From Phallusia mammillata (lineage: Eukaryota): DNA of 64,000 nucleotides. The stretch lies in the NCBI GenBank assembly GCA_965637545.1, contig OZ281494.1:34100001-34164000 (forward strand). Direction: 5' to 3'. This document shows, one piece after another, positions 53,032 through 64,000 of the stretch; position 1 is the first letter of the stretch; each line of letters begins with the position of its first letter. The notes beneath the pieces are model-generated. The model searched no databases. It had not been told where the DNA came from and saw nothing but the letters and a program-made list of their open reading frames with translations. The position numbers and the translations under genes are program-made.

Positions 53032-55730
53032 ATGGAGTCGCTTTATATCAGGAAACATATGATATGGCTGAACATGTTCACAGGAATGCATTACGGTGCC
53101 CGCTACCTTCAAAAACGTTGGAGCAAATTTATTCCAGAAGAAAATTTTGAATTTGTCGAAAAGTTTTCCAAGTTGACGATTGATTCATTTGATGAGGTAG
53201 TTACGAATTGAACATTTTTCACTTTAAAACATACTCTTTTTAACAAATTACACATCCTAATTCCTCCCCAATAGTGTAAATAGTAGATACTAAACCAGGG
53301 GTGGAGAACCGTTTGATTCATAAAGGCCACCCAACGTGTTGTCGACACTCGTGTAGGTCGCATCGAATATTTTTCAGGTTTAGAACAGTGGTTTATAAAT
53401 ATTTTTGTTTACATAATGCTCGTTTTGCAATCTTTCCCAATAGCACGTTCCAAGCTGAGTGCAATGATATACCTATATAAACTCCCCACTATATTTCCAC
53501 TACAACATTCAAGATTTATTTCACCTACAGATTCGATTTTTACGCATATCAATTCTAAGAGAAGTTTGTTACATCGGAGACAAATCTAAAATATTGCATT
53601 ATGCGCAAACAATTGGTTAATTATCACATAAATAAGATTGTTGAGTCATAAGCTTTTATAGTAGTCCCACGAAAATAACTAGTGGTAAAACAACTGGTCT
53701 AGAACCAATCAAATAGCAACCTAAGAAAGGAAATAAAGGTGGATAAAACTAGCATTTCTACATATTTCTTTTCGGCTGATGCACTGTGCTATATCAAGGT
53801 CTTTAAAGAGATTTTGACAGCGAAGGCCGCACTTACTGCACAAAAGGGCCACAGGTTCTCCACCTTTGTGCTAAACCGTACAAGATCATTTAAAAATGGG
53901 CCATTATCAACTTCACAGGTTATATCCTCAGAGCTAATGCGTCTATTTACAAACCACAAGTAGGCTACAAATTAAAGTAAAATACTTCCCGGTTGGGGCC
54001 ACTTCTTTAGCATATCTAAGCTTATTGATAGTTGCCCACTTTACTTTTGTAATTCAGGCGTGCACCAACAAAAGAGCTTTGGACGTTGGCTGTTGTGTTG
54101 GTGGTATCACGTTCAACCTAGCCCAAAAATTTGATGAAGTTGTCGGTATCGACTATTCCAGAGGTTTCCTTGAGGTTTGTGAGGAATTGAAGAAAAACGG
54201 GAAATCGAAAATTTACTTGTGCGAAGAGGGCGACCTGGAAAGAGAAATGATGGCTGAGATACCAGATTCAATTGTAAGTCTGATTAAAAATATAGGGACT
54301 GTATTAACGTAAACCAGTGATCGGCAATCTTTCATTACCTGGGCCAAAACATTCTTAACAAGCATGCGCGAGAAAAAAATTTACCGAAAGCAAGTTTCAT
54401 CTCTACAAACACATTTGAAACGCGAGTTTAATTTAGCTACTTCTTCTCTTCAAATTTAAGTGTTATACACTTCACGTCAAAATTTACGTCGCTAAAAAAG
54501 TAACCAAGCGTGATAAGGAAAGAGGTTATAAAAAACTTTGATTTCTAATAATTGATTCTTTAGAACCGTAGCAGATGCACTTTTATGTGGGGAGATGTCC
54601 ATGCTTTGCCTTCTGACCTGGGAAAGTTCGGTTGTGTTGTCATAAGCAACGTAATTGACCGTCTCGAAAACCCTATTAAAGTGTTAAAGAGCCTTTCCGA
54701 CCTCGTGGCTGATAACGGCGTCTGTGTGGTCGCTGATGGTCATTGTGTCCTAGAAGCGTTTACACCAAAGGTATTTCGCACTATAAAGAGGACTTGCATA
54801 TTTGCAACTTATGTGTTTCGCGTGCTTTCAGTGGATATTCACATTCATTAATGTTTAGCTTGGGGCTGTATGTTCCTGCATAGGCTCCGAGTGGGCGGTG
54901 GCGGGGTGGCGCCGCCACCTTGGGTTTGTAAAGCACGGTGGCGGTCACCGTGATTTTTTTGGTTGTTTATAGCGGTATCGTACGTACATCGTCAAAACTA
55001 GCGTGCTGGCGAAAAAGCAACAAGAAACTGCAACCTTGTTCATGACGCCAAATTGTTGCCATTGTTGTGTGCAATTCGATCGTGCTGTAATAAATGTTTT
55101 TTTAGCTGATACAAAGCAGCAACAACGTGACGAAACATTTTTTAAACGCCGCTAAACCAATTATAAACGTTACACAGCAAAGTGGCCCCAATAAATATTA
55201 CTGCAAAACCGTTTTTTAACAAATTTGGACAAAAGTTGCACTCCATCGGAAGTTTGCTGGGCTTTGTGTTTGAGCACGCATTAGTGACGTGACGTCACAC
55301 AAAATGACGTCATACTTAAAGTCCGCCACTTTGCATTTTTGTAAAACTCGGCGCCTATGTGTTCTTGTATGTTTGTCAAAACGTTATGTTTTTACATTAT
55401 ATTTGGCTTGTCTGTTTCTTACCAAAGTAACTTATTGTTATTTTTATGTTACCTAGATTAATACTCACATTTTTGCTTGGGGTTTAATGACAAATTAGAA
55501 AAGTTATGTAAATAGTTTTACAATTTTAGGAGAACTGGCTTGGTGGATATGTGAACCAAGATGGAAAAGTAGTTGAATCAACAAATTCTATAAAGGAGAT
55601 TCTGTCTGATCAAATGGAACTCATTCAGACTGTTGATATTCCATTTGTGGAACAAGTTCAAGGCCGTGTGTTTCAACTGTATATTGCAGAAGTTCAAGTC
55701 TGGAAAAAGTTGCCAAAACCAATTAAATAA
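53032..55730 (+). CDS. OvoA-Cterm-like methyltransferase copy 11 (262 aa); join(53032..53196,54058..54273,54564..54770,55530..55730)
   Basis: Open frame, canonical sites; ALDVGCCVGG, ADGHCVLEAFTPK. Confidence 0.92.
53296..53868. mobile_element. hAT (Buster-like) MITE in copy 11 intron 1
   Basis: TIRs caggggtggagaacc...ggttctccacctttg; TSD tactaaac/tgctaaac. Confidence 0.85.
54879..55359. mobile_element. hAT-type MITE in copy 11 intron 3
   Basis: TIRs cataggctccgagt...actcggcgcctatg; TSD tgttcctg/tgttcttg. Confidence 0.85.
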
Positions 55731-57216
55731 AAATGTTATTTTGTAATATTGATTACTAACACATGATATTTGGTCTTGGAAATTATAATCAAATATTGCA
55801 AAACACTAATGGCTTTGATAGAGCAAAAACTACAATTAGCCTCTATTTTTTCAGGGCAAATGTTTTTGCAATATTGACAAACTGGAAACGCCTTTGTTTT
55901 TTCACCAAAGTTATACACAAATATCAGTGTCAATAAATTATGAGTGTGCTGTGGTTTAACTTTGATTATTGTTGATGGTTTCACTTTGAATCATGCACTG
56001 ATGATCAAACTCATTTTACACTTTTTATTGCATCCACAAATGGTTATGCTGAAACAAAAACAGCCGATAACAAGAGATTCTGTGTTAGGGGAATAATTCA
56101 ATCAGAGTTCGGGAAATGTTCTGACAAAAGCAAAACTGTCTAAGCTTGTTTAATACACATTACCCTGGTTAAACGAAAAAAAATAGTTAACAACCACACA
56201 CTAAAATACCTATGTTTGTTTGACTGTGGAAAGCAAGATTTTTGGAATGTAGTGTAGGTTGAGCCATGCCATATGCTTTCTGGTATAAAGCAACTTGTCT
56301 GTTTACTATAACAAAAAACACTGCGTCAAGTGAAAAGACAGTATTTTTTATCATGTTCACCAAAAAAACATGATAAAATATAATTCTATCGATCCGATTA
56401 AATGTGTCCAGGTCAAATGAAAAAAATCGCAATTGTTCATAAAGTCCAGTTTTCACTTTCCTAAAAGGGACCGCAAAGTAAAAAATCCGCTTGTAGATCG
56501 CGCGCTTATGGTTTTCACACATTCTGTGGCATAGATATCAGTTTGCGCAACACGTGTAAATTTGTGAGAAGTGTACCAATTGTCCCCGCCAATTTTTTAA
56601 TGCTAGATATGTTAGGTATGTGACGTAACAACCTGCATTTGGTTCAATGCAATGCAAGGTAAAGGTAGTTTTGCAAAACTCGAGTGAAACACGTTTACTT
56701 ATGTTACTTAACCGCGGTAAGACGTTTGCTTAACACGTATCTTTTGGTGAAGCACTGTTTTAGGAGTTGCAAAACACGTATCTTGATGTGAAACATTGTA
56801 TTTTGATGTAAAACACTTCCTTGCGTTTGTTTGCATTAAATTAATCTCATAGCGGTTCAAGATGTTACTTGTTCTGAATGGACCACTAGCACAAAGTAAA
56901 CGTATTTGAGGATCTTTTAAGGTGGAAATCTTTTAATAGTTTGAAGCTCTTATATGAAGGGAATGAAGTGTTACTTTATTGCAGTCGAACGTGTTTAAGA
57001 ATAGTAAGACGATTTTGTAAATTTCTGTCGTAGTTATTATGTATTTAACTGGTGTAGGTTTGTAGCTATAAGAAAAGCTTTGTTTCGTTAAATTTGGGTC
57101 AGGTAACTTTGACTAAAAATTTCAAAAGTTTTAACAAAAGTAATTTCATTGTAACAGTTTTTTGGTCGAAACAAAAAGTAATACCACCATCGTGGTTTTG
57201 TTTGATGCAGTAAGTC

Positions 57217-58842
57217 ATGGAGTCGCTTTATACTAGGAAACATATGATATGGCTGAACCAATTTACAGGAATGCATTACGGTTTCCGCTACCTTCAAAAA
57301 CGTTGGAGCAAATTTATTCCAGAAGAAAATTTTGAATTTGTCGAGAAGTTTTCAAAGTTGTCCATTGATTCATTTGATGAGGTAGTTAAGAGTTAAACTC
57401 TTTTACTTTAACTTGTGTTATCCGCCACTTATATAAGTGGCACCTAATTCAGCGGCATGTTAGGCAATTTACACAAAATTGGACATAAGCTACCTGTCTT
57501 TAATGTATTCATGTATAGATAATGTGTGTATAAGGGTATGTTGTTCCACATAAACGCTTCAGTGCTGATCCCTATATAATGCTCTTAAATACATATTCAT
57601 AGTTGCCTATTTTACTTTAATTTTCACTCAGGCGTGCACCAACAAAAGAGCTTTGGATCTTGGATGCAATGTTGGCGGAGTCACGTTCAAGTTGGCATCG
57701 AAATTTGATGAAGTTATCGGTATCGACTATTCCAAAGGTTTCATTGAGGTTTGTGAGCAACTAAAGAAAAACGGGAAAGCCCCAATATACCCGTGCGAAG
57801 AGGGCGACCTGGATACAGAAATGATGGTTGAGATAACAGATTCAATTGTAAGTTGATTAGGTTTTCTTCTTGGTGGGCTACACAAACCACCAAACAAAAC
57901 AGCGTTAATTGCTCTTGTGCAAACATACACCACATATTACAAATTATTAACTCTTTAACGAACATGTAATCCCCACAAAGATATTGTTGTTCGTAAAGCT
58001 GCCATCCACACAATGCTCACCACAATCTTAATCGGTCTAGGTGTTTTTCTAGTTGTTAGTGACATAATTTTGATTCTAATTAATTAAGTATTTAGGACCG
58101 AAGCAGGTGCAGATTTTTGTGGGGAGATGCCCATACTTTGCCTTCTGACATTGGAAAGTTTGGTTGTGTGGTTGTAGCCAACCTGACTGACCGTCTCGAA
58201 AACCCCAAGAAGATTTTAAAAAGCCTTCCTGACCTCGTGGCTGATAACGGTATCTGCGTGGTCGCGGAAGCTCACGTTTACATGGAAGCTTTTACACCAA
58301 AGGTATTTCTCACTATAAAAGTGGCTTTCCTGTATGTGCGCAAGTTATGTATACTACATGCTTTTAATGGATATTCACATTAATAACTTGCTAGGCTCAG
58401 GAACTGCATACTCATAAACTAATATTTGCGTGTAAAAGGGCAAAAATTGGTGAATCAAAATAACATTTACCAAAAACTTAACTTACAGATGGACACATAC
58501 TGTGTTCAAAAACATTATTTGAAAAAAGACAAAAAATTTAAAGTCACAAGTTATTTGTATGTCGCAAGGTTGATACTCACAGTTTAATTTTGGCTTTGCT
58601 GACAAATTAAAAAAGTTATGCAAACTTGTTTACAATTTCAGGAGAACTGGCTTGGTGGATATGTGGATCAAGATGGACAAGTAGTTGAATCAACAAATTC
58701 TATAAAGAAGATTCTGTCTGATCAAATGGAACTCATTCAGACTGTTGATATTCCATTTGTGCAACAGGATCAGGGCCGTGTATTTCAACTTGCTATTCCA
58801 GAAGTCCAAGTCTGGAAAAAGTTGCCAAAAACAATAAAATAG
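57217..58842 (+). CDS. OvoA-Cterm-like methyltransferase copy 12 (262 aa); join(57217..57381,57632..57847,58096..58302,58642..58842)
   Basis: Open frame, canonical sites; ANLTDRLENP, AEAHVYMEAFTPK. Confidence 0.92.
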
Positions 58843-61472
58843 CCTTTTTATTTTCCATTGAAAAATGTAAATTGATAATATAGATTAGTAATTCACAATA
58901 TTATTATGAGTCTTGTAACTGAAAATCAAATATGCAATTTATGGTTTTGATAAAACAAAAAGTTTAACACAAAAAAAAACAAGATTAGTATCATTACCGT
59001 AACAGGCAAACTATAACTTGGAAAATGTTTCTGATTACAATGACAAACTGCAAACACATTTGTTTTTGCACCAGAGCTTGTTTTTGCGCCACAAAATATT
59101 TGGGCCAAAATTGTATGCAACTTTTGCAAGTGTCAATTTCCATGGTCATAAGTTTGTGACCGGTATATCAGTTTCTTGTAGCAGTGGTACCTAGAGTATC
59201 AATTCATTTATAAATCCCTTTTTTGCAAAATATATTTGTTGTCAAAATAAGTGAGTTGTTGTGCCCAAGGCTACTGGTGTTAAAAGTGAGAGTAAATAAC
59301 TTAGTAAGCTAAGGCTGAAATTAGGCGACTGGCGATCATTTTAAATGGTGCATTGTTAAGGGACACAAAAAAGGTGAACAACTTTATGGTCCATGCATAC
59401 ATTAAAGTTCTCCCAAACATAATTGAACAGTTGTTCTTTGATATATTCCTGAATGATTTTATCCAAGTGGCTTTTGGTCTGTTCAGTTACAGTTGTTGTA
59501 TAGTTAAAGTGGGCATGGTGTTTACTCAATGTGTTTCAATTCCTACTGTAATGTGTTTTCAATTCCTAAGTTCTATGATTATGTTCAATATTCATCTAAG
59601 TCAGATAAAGCAAAAAAAAATATTTACAGTCCCGTTTAAAAGTAAGTGATTCTGCCATACCACATTGAAAGTAATCTGTAATAGCTCATTAGTACCTAAC
59701 TGACAGACTGCTAATTTTAGAAAAACTTACCCAGTGGATATTTCAATGAAGAGTGACAAAAGGTTACAACAATTAAACTGAAGATTTATACTCTTTCGGG
59801 TGAAATGTAACTAATTGAGAAAGTGAATATTTCATTTGTACTTCAAGACCAATTCCGCACTTTTTAAGTGTCCATCGCAAAAGTTCAAGCCTGAAAAAAC
59901 GCAAAAATTAAAGTGACAAACTTGACAACATGCAAGTGAAACATATATATAGCATTAAAGACATTGGCTTCAATTTTGTCATATATTGCAAAAACCTTTT
60001 TAAGCAAAAAATATACCTATTTAATAAATTGTTTAAAAAAGTCCAAAATTAGGTTTATTAAAGTGATATAAACTGACACAAATATGGCCGCTGGTTAAGC
60101 AGCTTGAAATTTAGGACCCAAAAGTATGTGGTGGGGACTTACAATCAAGTGTGGGTTAGACACATAATAACAGCTTTTGATAAACATATTCATTACATAC
60201 AAGCTCTCTGGCAGTTTTACTTACAAGTGCATTGCTGAGTAGATTGAATTTTGATCATAAAAGGGTTAGGTTTAGTGTTTGCGAATAGTCTATTAGACAC
60301 AGTATTTATTTTAGTAGATTAGACGGTAACGATAATAATCAAACAACCACAACTGTAACAGTGTACTTTCATAGACATACCCATTCTTGTGTCTGAAAAC
60401 CATAAACTTGTGCACCAGTTGCTTTGTATTGGGATACCAAGGAGTTTATTCTGATGGAATTTATCACTTTGCTTTTCAGTGTGACAACCAAGCATATTTA
60501 TGTGTACAATAGTCACCATACAAGACCACAGAGAATAGCCCTTTTAGATGCCTTTATAAAAAAGAAAAGAAGGTGACAACATAACATGTTTAGAATTGCA
60601 TTTGTTCAAGAGTTTTGTGTAGAGTTCTGATAAGTAATGGGATCACCATATCTCACAGAGCACTTTGCAAATAAACAACACAAATTCATTTTTAATGCAT
60701 GCATAGTGACAAATGGCAACTCTTCTTGGTCAGAGAAATATTCTAGGTAATTAGATGTTCCAATTAAAAGCAAGAAACAGCATTTAAACTACAGTTGCTA
60801 GTAAAGTGTAAACAATTGTCAGTGGTTTTAAACAGTCTTATAATATCAAACATATTAAAGTTAAAGGTGTTTGAATCCACTTTAACCAAAACATTTGTGG
60901 TTTCGTTTTCCTTCACACATCCTCCATGCGTTTACAAAACATAGCAGTCAGCACCAACAAAGCTATCTTAGCTGGATTTAATGCAGTTTTACATACAATT
61001 GGAATGAAACTTTCCCTTGCTACTTTCTATTGGCTATTACTAGATAATATACCACAACATTTATTCCATGCAGTTTACACATTGAGTAATAAACTTTTCT
61101 TATCAAAAACTATTTTGCTTGTTTTTTCACAGTATTTAATCAAACCAAATTTTTTTTTCTGTCACAAAGATAAATAAACCTACTAATATTAATGTGAACT
61201 AAATGTTACCTTACTAATTCATTTTTACCCAAATCAACGATATTAGGATGACACAAACGCCAGACACCGCATTCCATTTCCACTCCCGCAAAAAAAAACG
61301 AAAACTGTCTGATTTCACAAAAATGGTTACAGACTGGCGGATAAAAACATCGATTAGATTTTTTAGATTTGTCATTCATTTCGCAATTTCATTATAATGC
61401 TTCTTTATTCAAACAAATTTTGCACGACAAAACAAGAATCAAGTTCATAATTTACTGTGTACTATTTAATTT

Positions 61473-62015
61473 TTAATTTGTTTGAACAATTTTTGAAGAC
61501 TTCTTCCAAATTTGGACTTCTGAAATATTCAGCTCAAAGTCACGATACCGGTATTGCATCGCAAATGGAATATCAACTGTCTGAATGAATTCCATTTGAT
61601 CAGACAGAATCTCCTTGATAGTTGTTGAAGCTTTAACAGCCTGTCCATCTTTGTTTGAATATCCACCAACCCAGTTCGCCTAAAATCACCTAAGGCTTGT
61701 TAATGCCTGCGTTTACAATTCACTCTTTTTAGGAGTTTATAACTAAAGCGAATTTACAGAAACGTACTTACAACTTTTAAGGCAAATATTTCAGCAAATG
61801 TTTTTTATTCTACCAAACAATTTGATTTTTTGTACTAGTACCACTACTTTATTGGCTACAGCAAAAAGTTAATTGTTGATTTTATTTGACCAAAGTAACA
61901 CTGGGGTTGTGAAACTTGAGGCAACATTCACCTCAATCAAATCAATTGCACATAATTGCCTTTGGTGTAAACTCTTCTGAAGAATAGTGGGGAGAAGCGA
62001 TTACGCAGATTCCGT
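61473..62015 (-). pseudogene. Methyltransferase copy 13: intact exon 4 (61473..61679) and 3' end of exon 3 (61960..62015), interrupted by an LTR element
   Basis: Exon 4 reads ANWVGGYSNKDG...IPFAMQYRYRDFELNISEVQIWKK. The exon 3 remnant ..GICVIASPHYSSEEFTPK stops abruptly at the LTR start. The intron 3 donor is GC. Confidence 0.88.
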
Positions 62016-64000
62016 TGTAACATAATGATGTAATATTCGCATTGACGTCATGAGTAAGAGCGGACGTGACTTGTAAGTTTTCCCATTACGTGATTTATAT
62101 ACCTCAAGTGTTTGATTGCGTGAGACCGCAGAGGTACATCCCATATAATTGCTAATTGATGTTTTGAACACAGGATGGAAACGTTCTGTACCTCCAGGCC
62201 AATAACAGATCCCACGTGCGTAGTTTAATGACGTTGTTTTGATACGTATTTATATACCGTGTGTTTCAAGTTCTCGTGGGCCACAGGGTCACAGGGCACA
62301 AGGGCTTCGCCCTACCCCTGGACATTATTCTATTCGATTCGACTTCGGTTGGGCGTATGAATCACATTACGTCAAGCCACGTTTAAATTGCATTACTGTT
62401 GGTGTTATAATAAAACAAACTAACCAACGGCTGGACTATTGCTGTTAGCACAATCGGAAGCGCAAGAACACGTAATACACATACCTACCTATTTCCTACA
62501 ATTGGTGACCCCGACGTGATTTGCTACCAGCAGTAAATTGCAAGAAGAGAAGAAGAAATACGTCAAACAACAACAACAACTGTGACCGTGAGTACCAAAA
62601 CAATTGTACTTTTTGGTCGGAAGATCTTACATCATCTAAACGAGGATAATCCTTCTTAAACAATTCAACAAATAACCTTCTGATCCATTCAAGTGTCAAG
62701 CAACAATCAAGCAAGCGGTACAACTTAACCCCGCAACAATCAAGCATAGCTTCGACTACGACGAGTCGACGAACAAGCATTAAGCCTTGCCAAGTGCTAG
62801 AAGGTTACTATCAATCAATCAATCAATCCATCGTGTACGGGATTCACATTATTCGAGGTACGGAGATCGGAAACACAAACTGTCTATTACAACTGGATTA
62901 CGGAACAAATGGAACAAGCAAATACATTAGGCATCGTCATAAATCACTACTTCAACGATGACGCTTCTTAAATCTTACCAGTTAAGTTTTACCTTTTTGT
63001 TTTTACTATGTCATTAAGTTCTTTGCCTACCCCATTCTCGGGATATGTTATACTAACACCTTATTTGTCTCTTTATTTGTAATGTGCTAGTTTAAAAGCT
63101 ACTTATGGTAAACACACACTTAATTTGAACTATTAATTTCGAAACTAAGCTTTTTATTATTGCTTTTGCTTGTCTCGATATCCATTAGCTTCGTGGAGAC
63201 TCGACTTTGCGAGTTGAGACACTTTATTCTCTAGTATGCCACCTAGGAAAAGTTAGCTCTTGGTAGCGATTGTGACTGATCACCACAATTTTTTACTTTT
63301 CGTGGTTCTGAGAAATACGTTAGCTTCTCGCGCGTACCTGCTTTACACCAGTCCTTATTGTCTGCAAGCAACATGCTCTATTTTTGACGGGATAAGCTTT
63401 TCCCCGCACTTATATTCTCCCATGACACTTCACAAGGTTGCTATACCTTTACTGGCTAGATGGCGTCCCAATTGGAAACATGATGCATTAGACACTAGAC
63501 CAGATATCTTTACTAGGCCATAGCTGCCTCAGATGTTGCTTACCGAAGCATATTGCGTGAATAACTTTGACCACGTAGAGTAAAGGCGATATTTATTTAG
63601 TGATGTTTTGTTATTTGTAATTGCATCTAAATTTTGCTCTAGCACAAAGCAAACCGTTTATGTACGTGTACTGCTGTTTATTTTATTGTTGCAGAAATGT
63701 GAATTCATACAACTACTTGTGGCACAATGAAGGAGGACATTTGAATTTCCCATACCACTGCTGAGCCCGATTCTCGAATTTTCGGATAACTGTCGACAAC
63801 CGAGCTCGAGAGACGCGCAAGCGTTATGACAAATTTTACTGTTAGTTAACGCGTATCAGTTTTGGTGTGGTTAATTAAATGTTTTTCTTTCGTATCGTCA
63901 CAATTGTTTTCACATGTTGTTTCACAATTCTTTCTTGTGAATGTTTCTTGTAAAACACTTTTTGGAGGAAGACTAATGTAACATAATGATGTAATATTCG
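62016..64000 (+). mobile_element. Non-autonomous LTR retroelement: 5' LTR 62016..62500, internal 62501..63976, 3' LTR from 63977 (runs off the edge)
   Basis: tgtaacataatgatgtaatattcg occurs at both 62016 and 63977. LTR ends are TG...CA, with AATAAA at 62409. A PBS follows the 5' LTR and the purine-rich ggaggaag precedes the 3' LTR. No gag/pol-sized ORF inside. Confidence 0.9.
62503..62523 (+). promoter_or_regulatory. Primer-binding site complementary to the 3' end of tRNA-Trp
   Basis: tggtgaccccgacgtgatttg is the reverse complement of the eukaryotic tRNA-Trp 3' end (..CAAATCACGTCGGGGTCACCA), 2 nt after the LTR. Confidence 0.9.

Noticed and set aside
10155-58842. CRISPR-like or other repeat-spacer array suggested by recurring motifs
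   Set aside because: The recurrences are paralogous exons kilobases apart, not short repeats with unique spacers.
59300-61290. Possible small-exon gene on the minus strand (for example MECGVWRLCHPNIVDLGKNELV at ~61275 and LELLRWTLKKCGIGLE at ~59870)
   Set aside because: I could not chain the exons into one open frame or recognise a family; RNA-seq would be needed.
10155-62015. Bacterial contamination or a recent horizontal transfer of ovoA-like genes
   Set aside because: Conserved spliceosomal introns, animal transposons and a eukaryotic POLR3A neighbour. The LPSDIGxFGCV segment resembles animal OvoA as I recall it. An ancient transfer cannot be excluded without a phylogeny.
62496-63523. 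ORFs 62496..62780 (-) and 63260..63523 (+) as gag/pol
   Set aside because: Short, lack ATG starts and show no retroelement motifs.

Overview
Intron-containing, AT-rich animal DNA. The short introns and MITE families suggest an ascidian or similar marine invertebrate, which is an inference. From left to right the window holds four main things. (1) The 5' end of POLR3A/RPC1 on the minus strand, which the ORF track missed. (2) An 8-exon gene for a ~1175-aa secreted LRR protein with two LRR cassettes and a probable GPI anchor. (3) A ~52-kb array of 12 intact 4-exon genes plus one LTR-interrupted copy. They encode ~260-aa stand-alone class I SAM methyltransferases resembling the C-terminal methyltransferase domain of the ovothiol enzyme OvoA, with no sulfoxide-synthase part in the window. 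(4) A non-autonomous LTR element with a tRNA-Trp primer-binding site at the right edge. The array shows a recent 6-kb tandem duplication, inversions, chimeric copies and variation concentrated at likely substrate-pocket residues. It is the best candidate for an undescribed system: a diversifying small-molecule methyltransferase cluster. About a dozen hAT-type MITEs with 8-bp TSDs, Gypsy pol remnants and a SINE-like insertion are interspersed. All alignments and translations were done by eye.
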